A DNA stretch of 41,951 nt from Syntrophobacteraceae bacterium (GTDB lineage Bacteria > Desulfobacterota > Syntrophobacteria > Syntrophobacterales > Syntrophobacteraceae), in NCBI GenBank assembly GCA_029974695.1, contig JARKQW010000140.1, positions 1 to 41,951 of the forward strand, given 5' to 3'. The position numbers and the translations under genes were made by a program. Below, piece after piece: positions 25,835 through 34,853 of the stretch (position 1 is its first letter; every line of letters starts with the position of its first letter). The notes under the pieces are model-generated. The model ran no database searches and was not told the origin of the DNA. It saw nothing but the letters and a program-made list of their open reading frames with translations.

Positions 25835-26418
25835 GGTCGTTCTCCTTGGCTGTAGGATGTTCGTTCCTTGCGGAGGTTTCCCGGAGGCCCTGTTTCAGGA
25901 CTGCGAGACGGCAGGTTCCTTCGGCAGATTCCTCTTTTCAAGCTAGAACGTGCAGGGTTGGTGTCAAGGAACCGGGCCTTCGAGGGGCCCGGCCGGGTGG
26001 GAGCGGGTCTCTCATGACCGTATTCCCCTGGGATTCCCGGCCCGGTGGGATTCCCGGCCCGGACACGGCCCATGGCGGTCGTTCACCGAAGACTTTGATT
26101 CCCGACGCACAGGGGTCCGGTTTTTGCCTGGCTCATCCTTGCCGGGTCTGATATCCTGATTGCGTCCGCCCCTGCTCTGGGTGGTTTTCCCATAGAACCC
26201 GTTTCCGGATCCTCGAGGGTCCCCGCTTGGAAATGGGCCCGGCATGCCGGTTCGGGGCATTCAGGGACGTTCTTCTTCGGAGAGTGGTCCTTCCGCCATG
26301 GGCCCGCCGGACACGAGCCTCACCGTGGGCGGCATCCTTTCGCAGAAGAGGCGTCGAGATGGGTTTTGCCGGGGAACCGGACAACGATGGACGGACCTCG
26401 TGTCAGGGAGGAAGAGTG

Positions 26419-27615
26419 ATGCAGGTTTTCACTGTGGTTTGCCTGTTTGCGTTCACGGTGTTCGCTCCTGCCGTGTCTTGGGCAACTTCCCCCCGCTCGC
26501 CGGATCTGGGTTCTGCGGTGTCGGGGACGATCAAGATCGGAGGAGCCTTCTCTCTGACGGGGGGCGGTGCTGCCCTGGACCTCGAGGCGGCCGACGGGGC
26601 CAGGTTGGCCTTGACGGAGATCAACAGGGCCGGGAAGACCCTGGGCAAGACTATGGAACTGGTAATCCGGGACAGTCAATCCCGTCCGGACCTGGCGGAA
26701 CAGATCGCCCGACAGTTGGTGGAGAAGGATCGCGTGGTCGCCATCCTGGGATACAGCGACACCGATTCCGCATTGGCCGTAGGGCCGGTCATCCGGAAAC
26801 ACAGGATCCCCTTCATCACGGTGGGAGCGACCTCCCCCAAACTTCCCGAGCAGGTGGGAGAAATGATGTTCCTGGCATGTTTCGGCGACAACGTGCAGGC
26901 GGCGGCGGGAGCCGAGTTCGCCTTCAAACACCTGGGTGGCGGCGCTTGCCTCCTTTGGGACAAAGGGATGGACTACACTCGCCTTCTGGCCGGGTATTTC
27001 AAGCGCCGGTTCATTGAGCTGGGGGGCAGCGTTGTGATCGAGGAGCCCTTCGACGATGAAACGTCGGATTTATCCGTCCAGATTCAGCAATTGAAATCCC
27101 TGCCCCGGTCCCCGGATTTTTTTTACATAGCCGCCATGCCCTACAATGCCGGGATGGTGATTCGGCAGTTGCGGGAGGCCGGGTTTTCGGCCCCCGTCCT
27201 GGGAGGCGATGGGTTTGACACACCTCAAATCGTAGAGATTGCCGGACCTGCGGCCGAGCGGGTGTTCTTCACCACCCATGCGCTGGTGGACCCCACCCGG
27301 GGAAAAGAGGAAATGAAGAGGTTCATCACGGCCTTCATGGCGGAGTATGGGCGGGAACCCCGGAATTCCTTTGCGGCCCTGGGATACGATGCCATGCGCC
27401 TGGTGGTGGACGCCGTCCGTCGAGCGGGTTCCACGGAGCCCAGCTCCCTGAAGCACGCCCTGGAGGAAACCAGGGAGTTTTCGGGGCTTACCGGGACGAT
27501 CACCCTGAGCACAAAGTCCCACATTCCCCAAAAATCCGTTACCATCCTCGAGATCAAGGACGGCAAATTCCGCTGGGTGGAAGATCTCGTTCCCCAGTCG
27601 GTCCCTTCTCCGTAG
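26419..27615 (+). CDS. ABC-type substrate-binding protein, LivJ/LivK (Peripla_BP_6) family; orphan
   Basis: ATG 26419 follows GGGAGGAAGAG. Signal peptide MQVFTVVCLFAFTVFAPAVSWA. IKIGGAFSLTGGGAALD and GYSDTDSALAV are typical of the family. No cognate permease or ATPase genes are adjacent. Confidence 0.85.
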   Translation: MQVFTVVCLFAFTVFAPAVSWATSPRSPDLGSAVSGTIKIGGAFSLTGGGAALDLEAADGARLALTEINRAGKTLGKTMELVIRDSQSRPDLAEQIARQLVEKDRVVAILGYSDTDSALAVGPVIRKHRIPFITVGATSPKLPEQVGEMMFLACFGDNVQAAAGAEFAFKHLGGGACLLWDKGMDYTRLLAGYFKRRFIELGGSVVIEEPFDDETSDLSVQIQQLKSLPRSPDFFYIAAMPYNAGMVIRQLREAGFSAPVLGGDGFDTPQIVEIAGPAAERVFFTTHALVDPTRGKEEMKRFITAFMAEYGREPRNSFAALGYDAMRLVVDAVRRAGSTEPSSLKHALEETREFSGLTGTITLSTKSHIPQKSVTILEIKDGKFRWVEDLVPQSVPSP

Positions 27616-27773
27616 GCTGGAAGGCCGGGGGCCAGGGGCTTTAGGCTAGAGGCCGGGAAGCGAGAAGGCACGTGGGGCGGGCTGCGCTTCGCTCCACCCA
27701 CCCTACCTCCCGGCCGGTCTCGCCCCATGCCCCTGTCGTGTCCTGCCGCCCGGCAGGCCCGGATCTAGGGCGT

Positions 27774-28166
27774 TCAGTACTCCCGGGCGCCCTTGCCCGT
27801 AAGCCAGGGGGTAACGGGCAGGTTGAAGTGGCTGATGGTGGAAACCAGCTCGATCCAGTTTTTGAACTCCTTTTCTTCCCGGAGGATCAAGACCACGCCC
27901 GGCGTCTTTCCCGCTCGCATTCCGTGGACGAGTGCCCTGCCCAAAGCGCGGTCCCAATGGGCGGCGAAGGAAAACTCGACGGCATGAGTCTCCGTCACGC
28001 AGTGGGCCCGCCCTCCGCCCGGGAGAAGCACGTCGGTTCGGCCTCCGTGTTCCGCACACCACGAGTCCCGAAAGGGTTTTTCCGGATCGACGTTCTTGGC
28101 AAAGCCCGCTCCCTGGGAGAAAAGGAGGATGACCCACAGGAGCAGGAAGATCGATTTGTATGCCAT
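27774..28166 (-). CDS. Hypothetical exported protein
   Basis: Signal peptide MAYKSIFLLLWVILLFSQGAGFA from ATG 28166; the track start 28172 is TTG. I recognise no family. Confidence 0.55.
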   Translation of the reverse strand: MAYKSIFLLLWVILLFSQGAGFAKNVDPEKPFRDSWCAEHGGRTDVLLPGGGRAHCVTETHAVEFSFAAHWDRALGRALVHGMRAGKTPGVVLILREEKEFKNWIELVSTISHFNLPVTPWLTGKGAREY

Positions 28167-28367
28167 GGCCAAAGGGTTTCCTTTTCTTTGAGGACCGGCG
28201 TTTCCGGAGTACGGTTGCGGGGGACGCTTCGGGTCCTTGGATGGTCCGTCCTGGTTAGCGCTTTACAAAAACCGTCAACGGATTTAATTATGAAACGTCT
28301 TATTAGCAAGAGTTGAGAGCAGGAAAGAGAATGGACGCCTTCATTCCTTAATGGCAGGAGCAGACCG

Positions 28368-29033
28368 ATGAGAATGACCGCAACAAGTCCTAATTGGAAG
28401 GTGTTGGGGCTCTTGGTGGTGGTGTTTGCCGTGGGAGCCTGCGCGGCGAACGGTCCGTACTACACCGTTTCGGAGACGCCTTCGGCCCCTCCCCCGCCGC
28501 CCGCAACGACCGTCGCCCCCCCGCCCGTGTCGACGGGTCTTGCGGTGGGGCGCAATGAATTCAACTACAGCTTCGACCTGATCGATCGGACTCCCTTCAA
28601 TATCGTAGACCTGCCCCGTTCCCTGGATATTCTCTACCGGAAGGGCTACGACGAGGTTCGCCAGAGGGGACAGGCGGACCTGGTCGTTACGGTCACCCTT
28701 TCCGCCGGGGCGGCGGAGAATCCTGAGAAGAGAGTAGGCCATGCGGTGGGTGGAGCCTTGGGAGGGGCCGCCATCGGTGCCATCATCGGAGGAGCCCTGG
28801 GAGATCCCGGGACGGGGGCCGCCTTGGGTGCAGCCAGCGGAGGCGCAGCGGGGGCCCTGGCACCGGCCGCCGATTACATGGTGAGAATCGACGTGGAAGT
28901 ATACAGTAGGGAGTTGGGCAGGAGCACCTACGAAAGCCGGACCATCAACGTGTCCCGTATTCCCCCCCACGCCGTGCCGGGGGTTGTGGACCAGGAAGTC
29001 TCCGCCATCTTCCGAAGCCTGCCCGATCGTTAG
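28368..29033 (+). CDS. Probable lipoprotein with glycine-zipper segment
   Basis: Signal plus lipobox-like LLVVVFAVGAC. Pro-rich spacer. Glycine zipper GGALGGAAIGAIIGGALGDPGTGAALGAASGGAAGA. Confidence 0.7.
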   Translation: MRMTATSPNWKVLGLLVVVFAVGACAANGPYYTVSETPSAPPPPPATTVAPPPVSTGLAVGRNEFNYSFDLIDRTPFNIVDLPRSLDILYRKGYDEVRQRGQADLVVTVTLSAGAAENPEKRVGHAVGGALGGAAIGAIIGGALGDPGTGAALGAASGGAAGALAPAADYMVRIDVEVYSRELGRSTYESRTINVSRIPPHAVPGVVDQEVSAIFRSLPDR

Positions 29034-29067
29034 CATTCTCGTCCCTTTCCTGCATTCTCTTCTTATG

Positions 29068-29108
29068 GAAAAGCACGGGCTCTGCCGGGTCCCGTGCTTT
29101 TCGTCCTT
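29068..29108. terminator. Hairpin terminator between convergent genes
   Basis: 11-bp perfect stem AAAAGCACGGG (29069..29079) / CCCGTGCTTTT (29091..29101) with an 11-nt loop, followed by a T-rich tract CGTCCTTTT. Confidence 0.5.
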
Positions 29109-29113
29109 TTGGG

Positions 29114-30175
29114 TCAGGACTCCTCCACAATTCCGTTCTTCAGGTCGTGCAGGGTGTGAATGGGCAGGACCAGGGGGGTCTTGCGCACGGGCTCATAGGC
29201 GTATCGATAAGAGGTCCCCGAGTTCCCTTGTGCCCGCATAACGGCCCAGCCCCGGAGCAAATAAGGGCACGAATCATTGAAACAGATGTAGACAAATTCA
29301 ATGTCCCAGTTGCTGAAGGGACTGACGGGAAACCTCCATTTCTTGAGGCCGGAACCGCAGTGCGGGCATGTCCGCCACTCTCCTGCAACCCGCTCGGCCG
29401 GCGTTGCGCACGCAGCAGGAGGTTCTTCCTCCAGTTGCTCCGGTGCGGGCCGCTCTCTTCTCCCCGAGGAAGATCCCTCTTTTTCCGCGTAGACGGCAAA
29501 GACGGGGTCGCTGGGAATGCCCAGGTGGGCGTACTTGTCGTCGGAGGGGCGGGGTTTTCCGCTGGATTCGAAATGGCGAGGCTCTAGAAAGCCCGGAGTG
29601 GTTCGAAAGAAATCCAGGACCAGACGGAGTCGTTCCTCTTCGGTGGAATTCTTCCAGATCCGGGTGGCCTTTTCGGGGAACATCCGGTTGGAAAAGATCA
29701 CCAGGAACAGTCCGCGGGGCTTGAGAACCCGGTTGACTTCCGCGAACACTTCCCGGGGCTTCACGAGGTAGTCCACGGACACCGTGTTGAGGACCACGTC
29801 GAAGGTGTCCGAGGGGAACGGCAGAGAGGGATCCATGTTGAGATCGTGGAGGACCCATTCGGTGAGGCGCTGGTTTGCCGCCAGTTCGTTGGGATTCAGC
29901 CCCAGTCCCACGGTCCTCGAAGGGTGCATTGTTTCGGGGAGATGGGAGTCCCAACCGGCCATGAGGTCCAGGATGGTCGGCGAATCCTCCACCACCAGCC
30001 GACCGATGATCCTCCGGACGGTGGACAGGGCAAGGGAATCCAGGTGGGAGACGAAGCGGTCCCGGGCGTAAAAGAGGGAATCGGGGGATTCGTCAAGCCG
30101 GGAGAAAGCGTCCGGGGGGAATCCGTTGTGGTTCGTGCGGGGCTCCGGTGCCGATGTCGTATCGTTCATAGTCAT
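29114..30175 (-). CDS. Class I SAM-dependent methyltransferase with C-terminal 4-Cys zinc-ribbon-like extension
   Basis: ILDLMAGWDS (motif I-like), FDVVLNTVSVDYL, LKPRGLFLVIFSN. C-terminal CPHCGSG...CFNDSCPY. Confidence 0.8.
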   Translation of the reverse strand: MTMNDTTSAPEPRTNHNGFPPDAFSRLDESPDSLFYARDRFVSHLDSLALSTVRRIIGRLVVEDSPTILDLMAGWDSHLPETMHPSRTVGLGLNPNELAANQRLTEWVLHDLNMDPSLPFPSDTFDVVLNTVSVDYLVKPREVFAEVNRVLKPRGLFLVIFSNRMFPEKATRIWKNSTEEERLRLVLDFFRTTPGFLEPRHFESSGKPRPSDDKYAHLGIPSDPVFAVYAEKEGSSSGRRERPAPEQLEEEPPAACATPAERVAGEWRTCPHCGSGLKKWRFPVSPFSNWDIEFVYICFNDSCPYLLRGWAVMRAQGNSGTSYRYAYEPVRKTPLVLPIHTLHDLKNGIVEES

Positions 30176-30420
30176 CCTCCATAAAAAAAGCCGAGTTTCT
30201 AAACCCGGCTCGTGGCCCCATTTCTGGGCAGGTTTGCGTGGATTCTTCCAATTTTGGCTTTACTTAATTCCTGCAGGGGAAATGTCAAGGAGGGGAAGAC
30301 GGGGGTCCCGGTTTTTGGGGGCCTACGGGCGCAGGAAGGGTCGGGGGGGCTGCACGGGAGACGTCCCATCGATTCCGGTCTTTGGACTCGATGGGAAGGC
30401 GGACCGGCGACTTGCCCCGG

Positions 30421-30870
30421 CTACTCCACCGACAGGAAATGAGAACTGAGTGCGCCGTCGAGAAGCTGGAAAGACCGAACGCGGATGGGAAGGACCCGGG
30501 CGGCCGGGTGATGAATCAGCCCCCGGATATGGGGGTGCACCTCGAGCATGTTGTCGAGGATGGCCGCTTCCAGACGTTCATCTTCCAGGGGTGAATAGGT
30601 GCCGGTCACGGTGAGGGCCTGGATCCGGGACGGGTCCCCCGGGGTTTGGGTACGGCTGTCCACGAGCAGGCTCACTTGGGGGTTCAGAGAAATGTTTTGA
30701 AATTTTCGAGTGTTGGCTAGAGTTACCAGGTAGATCACCCGTGCGTCTTCCCCACAGAGGTAGGCCATGAGCGAACAGTGGGGCCTGTTTTCGTGACAGG
30801 TGGCAAGGACGCACAAGCGGTTGTCCCGGAGAAGCCCTTTCATTCGCTCGATCAACGGTTCTTCAGCCAT
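30421..30870 (-). CDS. Pyridoxamine 5'-phosphate oxidase-like FMN-binding family protein
   Basis: Lies in ORF 30421..30954. ATG 30870 (MAEEPLIERMKGLL) follows AAGAAGGG. LCVLATCHENRPHCSLMAY and NPQVSLLVD are typical of the PNPOx-like split barrel. Confidence 0.7.
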   Translation of the reverse strand: MAEEPLIERMKGLLRDNRLCVLATCHENRPHCSLMAYLCGEDARVIYLVTLANTRKFQNISLNPQVSLLVDSRTQTPGDPSRIQALTVTGTYSPLEDERLEAAILDNMLEVHPHIRGLIHHPAARVLPIRVRSFQLLDGALSSHFLSVE

Positions 30871-30988
30871 GGTACCCTTCTTCCGCGGATTCAAGCCTCC
30901 CGCGGTGTGGGACCGCGCAGGAAGTTTGCTGAAGTTAGGCAGGCCTGAATCCAAGTTCTTTTCAATGGACCAATGTCGGTAGGGCCTG

Positions 30989-31339
30989 TTATTTGGGGAC
31001 CGCTGTGGACTGAGGACCCCCCTTTGGATCGTCTTTCGTTCCCATGGTAGGAGTCCCTTCCTTCTTCTCCGTCATGGGGGCTTTGGGCGCTTCGGTTCCC
31101 TCTTTGGGTTTCACGGTCTGGTCTGCTTCTCCGGCGTCCTTGGTGCCTCTTCCGGGCGTGCCTTCGCGTTTTTCCTTCATTTCGGGCGTGGCTTGCTCGG
31201 ACTTGTCGGGCTTGACGGTCTGGTCTGCTTCGCCGGCGGCTTTGGTGCCCTTGGTCGGCGTTTGGGCCATGACCTGGCTCGCTACAAACATGCAGCAAAT
31301 AGCAAGAACGAGTGCGATCAGAATCCTGGACTTCCTCAT
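30989..31339 (-). CDS. Small secreted low-complexity protein with internal tandem repeat
   Basis: Strong SD AAGGAGGGTTC-ATG. Signal peptide MRKSRILIALVLAICCMFVASQVMA. Repeat GTKxAGEADQTVKP occurs twice; the nucleotide repeat GGTCTGGTCTGCTTC is at about 31106 and 31218. Confidence 0.7.
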   Translation of the reverse strand: MRKSRILIALVLAICCMFVASQVMAQTPTKGTKAAGEADQTVKPDKSEQATPEMKEKREGTPGRGTKDAGEADQTVKPKEGTEAPKAPMTEKKEGTPTMGTKDDPKGGPQSTAVPK

Positions 31340-31677
31340 GAACCCTCCTTATCGAACAACTAGGCCTTGCCTAACTTCAGCCGATCAGAAATGTGGTGCC
31401 TTGCAGTCAAGAAGATGGTTTGTGTGAAATGATATGCTCGATACAGGGGGAAATTCTAGTGATCTTGCAGGAAAACACAATGAAATTCTGAAGGGTGGAA
31501 TCAAGAAGCTGCACCGGACCCGGGTCCGGCCGGGAAATCGCCTCTTTCCTGTAGCGGCGGGGAGGTGCGGGTGGTCTGCGACCGGCCCCGGAGAGGGTGA
31601 AACCCGGGGATCGGTCCCGGCGGCCGCGCGAAATAGAACTTCGTCCCCGGGACCGACGGCGGACGGTTCCGTTGGTG

Positions 31678-32865
31678 TCAGATGAAGCGCTTGTGGGTTT
31701 CTTTAAGATACTTCTCTTCCAGGAGCAGGGTGATCTTCTTGACGATGTTGCGCCGAATATCGAGCTCGACGGGGAGATTGGGGTCCTGGTGGGCTTCGTT
31801 GACCCGGGTTCCCACCACGAAGAAGATGACGTCGCTGTCCAACAGGATCGAAGCGAGGGTCGTGGCGGCGTTGGACCGCATGAGCTCGGGTTTTTGTCCG
31901 CGTTCCAGGATTTCGGAAACCTTGCTCAGGGTCAGGGTGCCTTCGGTGATGAGGTCGATTCCTTCCATTTCCGAAGAGGGGGGGATCTCGGGATCCAGGT
32001 TCTCGAGGTCCATTTTGATCTCCCGGTCCAGTTCCCGTCCGACGATGGAAGCGGTGGTCCCGCCGCAAATGACGATCCGTCCGGTGAAGGAACGCACCAG
32101 GTTGGCCAGTTCGGCGTCCTTGGATTCGGAAAACGGGGGACCCGTAAGGACCAAGAGGGTTCGTGGGTGTCGCAGGTACATGACCCCGCAGGAGATGTCG
32201 TCCTTGGGTTCATAGGCATCGATTTGTCGGGCGCGGAGGGCAATCTTCATGGCCAGTTGACGGGAGGAGATGCCGTCCTGCCAACTGATCCACTTGAGGG
32301 CCTGTTCGATGACCCGCCTTCGTCCCCAGCCGATAGGATAATCCGGCCTCCCCATGCCCGCCTGACTGACGCCGTCGGAGAAGAAAAGGACCCGGTCTCC
32401 TATGTGCAGGTCGAACTCGGAAAAAACCACCTCCCGGTCGTGCCACCTCTCGAGATGGATGGGGGTCTTGGGGACGGAGACGGGTTCTCCGTCCCTGAGC
32501 AGCACGTATTCCGGGTTGCCGTGCTCGATGATGCGGGCGTGCCCGATGCTGTTGACGTCCACGATGGTGAAGGTGGAATAGCTGATCATGCGCACTTTGC
32601 ATACCGGAAGGGTGTCCATGATCACCTCGGCCGTCTCCCGCACATCGGCGTAATTCGAAATATACTTGATGGCCATGGTGGCCGTGAGGGTAGCCAGGAC
32701 ATTGGCCTTGACGCCGCTGCCCAGGCCGTCCGAGAGTACGGCGATGACCCGGTTCTCCTCCCGGATCTTCTGCATGAGGAAGACGTCTCCCGCCACGAAT
32801 TGCTTGTTCTTGCAATACTGGTAATGGTCGATGTCCAGGAAGAAATCCCTCGTGGTCTTGATCAT
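31678..32865 (-). CDS. PP2C-type (SpoIIE family) serine phosphatase with extra C-terminal domain
   Basis: VLSDGLGSGVKANV and VLFFSDGV are metal-binding Asp motifs. ATGA overlap with the hydS stop. Confidence 0.85.
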   Translation of the reverse strand: MIKTTRDFFLDIDHYQYCKNKQFVAGDVFLMQKIREENRVIAVLSDGLGSGVKANVLATLTATMAIKYISNYADVRETAEVIMDTLPVCKVRMISYSTFTIVDVNSIGHARIIEHGNPEYVLLRDGEPVSVPKTPIHLERWHDREVVFSEFDLHIGDRVLFFSDGVSQAGMGRPDYPIGWGRRRVIEQALKWISWQDGISSRQLAMKIALRARQIDAYEPKDDISCGVMYLRHPRTLLVLTGPPFSESKDAELANLVRSFTGRIVICGGTTASIVGRELDREIKMDLENLDPEIPPSSEMEGIDLITEGTLTLSKVSEILERGQKPELMRSNAATTLASILLDSDVIFFVVGTRVNEAHQDPNLPVELDIRRNIVKKITLLLEEKYLKETHKRFI

Positions 32866-34583
32866 TCCAGCTCCGGCGTTGTCATGGAATGGATGATGGA
32901 GTTCAAAATCACCTCGGTTTCGGCGGCATTCTCACCCAACAGGTAAGCGATTTGTTGAACTGTGGCCAAGTTCTTCTTGATGACGTCCTGAGCTTTGTGA
33001 ATCATGGCCTCTTTGTGAATCGTGGGCTTGGTGATGTCCTGGAAGATCCCGCAGGCCACCCGGTTTTTCTCAATGGAAAAGATGTCGATGTGGAAGACCG
33101 ACTTCTTGTAGCGCAAGTCGCGGTTGAGGATGTCTTCTCCCTTTTCCAGGACGGTCTTGAAGAGGGAATAAAAGGGGGCGATCTCCCGCAGAGGCACTCC
33201 TTCCAGGCCGGGGGAGGCCTTGAAGGCCTTTTCCACGTCGGCTCCCAGGATCTTGGCGAAATTGAGATTGCATTCGATGATCTGGAGTTCCTCATCCACC
33301 AGCACGATGCCGCTGGGGGTCTTTTCCATGAGGGCATTGGTCTTCTTCTGGGCCAGCTTTCGCATGTAGGCCACGCACATGACCTTTTCGGCCTTGCCGT
33401 CGATGAGGGCCTTGGCAAGCTCACGGCAGTTGTCGTAGCCGCAGCCTCCGCAGTTGAGTTCGTCTTCCGGGCCGTACTTGTTGAGGGTCTGGAGGGTCTG
33501 GCGAATGATGCTGTCGCTGTATTCCTTCACGGGCACCGGGTCCGGTTGAAAGCCTTTCCAAACGGGGGCGGCTAGAGGGCGTGGGATCATGGACTGGGGA
33601 TAGCTTGCGTAATGGATGACCTGGTAGCGCTTCCAGGCGGTGGCGTTGCGCTGATTGGCCTTGGGACCGTTGACGCACCCTCCTTCGCAGGCAAGCAGTT
33701 CCAGGAAGAGGGGGTGGGTGAGGCGCATCTCGCCGAGCCCCGCCAGGGCTTTGTGAATGTTGCGAATGCCGGAAAAGGACATGCATTCCGCTTCCATGAC
33801 GCTGCACCCGGCCTTCACTCCCGCCACCATGCCGCCGTCGATGGGGTACAGGGCACCCTCCTGGGCCGAGGAGGGAACAAAGACGTCATCCTCTCCTCTC
33901 TCTGCCGTGTCGAAGGAAAAAGGCTCGCTCATGAACCATCGTCGGAGGTCCTCGAAGGTGAGGGCGACATCCAGCAGGTGGGGGTTCGCGTCCGCCTCTC
34001 CCTTTTTGGCGATGCATGGGCTGAAGAAGACGATCCCGATATCCGGGCCGTAGGTCTCCCGCAGCAATTGGCCGTGGGCCAGGACCGGGGAGACGATGGG
34101 AGACAGGCAGGCGGCATACTGGGGATAATATTTGCCCAAGAAGGTGACCACCACCGGACAGGCCGTGGATATGACCACTCGAGGCGTACGATCTTGAAGC
34201 AAAGCGGCAATGCTGCCCGAAACCCTTTCGGCCCCCAGGGCGGTTTCGGAGACGCCGTAAAACCCCAGACGCTTCAGGGCCCGAATGATCGCGTGGGCCG
34301 GAACGTCCGGGAACTCACTGATGAAGGACGGAGCCAGGGAGGCAAAGACCTTTTTCTTCTCTTTGAGAAGGGTCTGGGCCCGTTGCAGGTCGTCGCGCAC
34401 ATGCTTGGCTCCGTTGGGACAGATCTCCACACAGTGGCCGCACAGAATGCATAACTGGGGGATGACCGCCGCGCAGGCGTTTTCGACCTTGATGGCCTTG
34501 ACGGGGCACTCGCGAATGCACTTGAAGCAGTCCTGGCATTCGGTCCTCTCCGTATAGATGATGGGAGCGGGCAGAAGGGTCAT
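32862..34583 (-). CDS. Sensory-type [FeFe]-hydrogenase homologue (HydS/HfsB-like, group C): 2x[4Fe-4S] + H-domain + Cys motif + PAS
   Basis: N-terminal CQDCFKCIRECP and CILCGHCVEICP. H-cluster motifs: L1 STACPVV (canonical TSCCP), L2 SPCIAKKGE, L3 ELLACEGGCVNG. Then CGGCGYDNC and a PAS-like C-terminus. Confidence 0.85.
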   Translation of the reverse strand: MTLLPAPIIYTERTECQDCFKCIRECPVKAIKVENACAAVIPQLCILCGHCVEICPNGAKHVRDDLQRAQTLLKEKKKVFASLAPSFISEFPDVPAHAIIRALKRLGFYGVSETALGAERVSGSIAALLQDRTPRVVISTACPVVVTFLGKYYPQYAACLSPIVSPVLAHGQLLRETYGPDIGIVFFSPCIAKKGEADANPHLLDVALTFEDLRRWFMSEPFSFDTAERGEDDVFVPSSAQEGALYPIDGGMVAGVKAGCSVMEAECMSFSGIRNIHKALAGLGEMRLTHPLFLELLACEGGCVNGPKANQRNATAWKRYQVIHYASYPQSMIPRPLAAPVWKGFQPDPVPVKEYSDSIIRQTLQTLNKYGPEDELNCGGCGYDNCRELAKALIDGKAEKVMCVAYMRKLAQKKTNALMEKTPSGIVLVDEELQIIECNLNFAKILGADVEKAFKASPGLEGVPLREIAPFYSLFKTVLEKGEDILNRDLRYKKSVFHIDIFSIEKNRVACGIFQDITKPTIHKEAMIHKAQDVIKKNLATVQQIAYLLGENAAETEVILNSIIHSMTTPELE

Positions 34584-34589
34584 TCCTCT

Positions 34590-34853
34590 CTACTCCTGGA
34601 TCTTCAGGTGTTGGTCGAGCAACGCAAGGATCGTCGCGGAATCCACGCAGTTGAAGACCTGGCCGTCAACGGTCAGATTGGGTCCGTCCTTGCACAACCC
34701 TTCGCATAGATGTCCTTTCATGACCACCTTGCCGCAAAGACCATGGCGCTCGATGTATTCCTTGATGAGTTTGATGTTGCGCTTGTTGCCTCTGGAAAAG
34801 CATGAACTGCCCATACAGATGGCCAGTTCCAGGGGTTGTTTCGTGCCGCTCAT
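34590..34853 (-). CDS. Thioredoxin-like [2Fe-2S] ferredoxin (NuoE-like)
   Basis: Cys pattern C-x4-C ... C-x3-C (CMGSSC ... CEGLC). ATGA overlap with the hydE stop. Confidence 0.8.
   Translation of the reverse strand: MSGTKQPLELAICMGSSCFSRGNKRNIKLIKEYIERHGLCGKVVMKGHLCEGLCKDGPNLTVDGQVFNCVDSATILALLDQHLKIQE

Noticed and set aside
26030-26062. CRISPR-like array
   Set aside because: There are only two directly abutting 16-nt copies, with no spacers. No other regularly spaced repeats or cas genes occur anywhere in the window.
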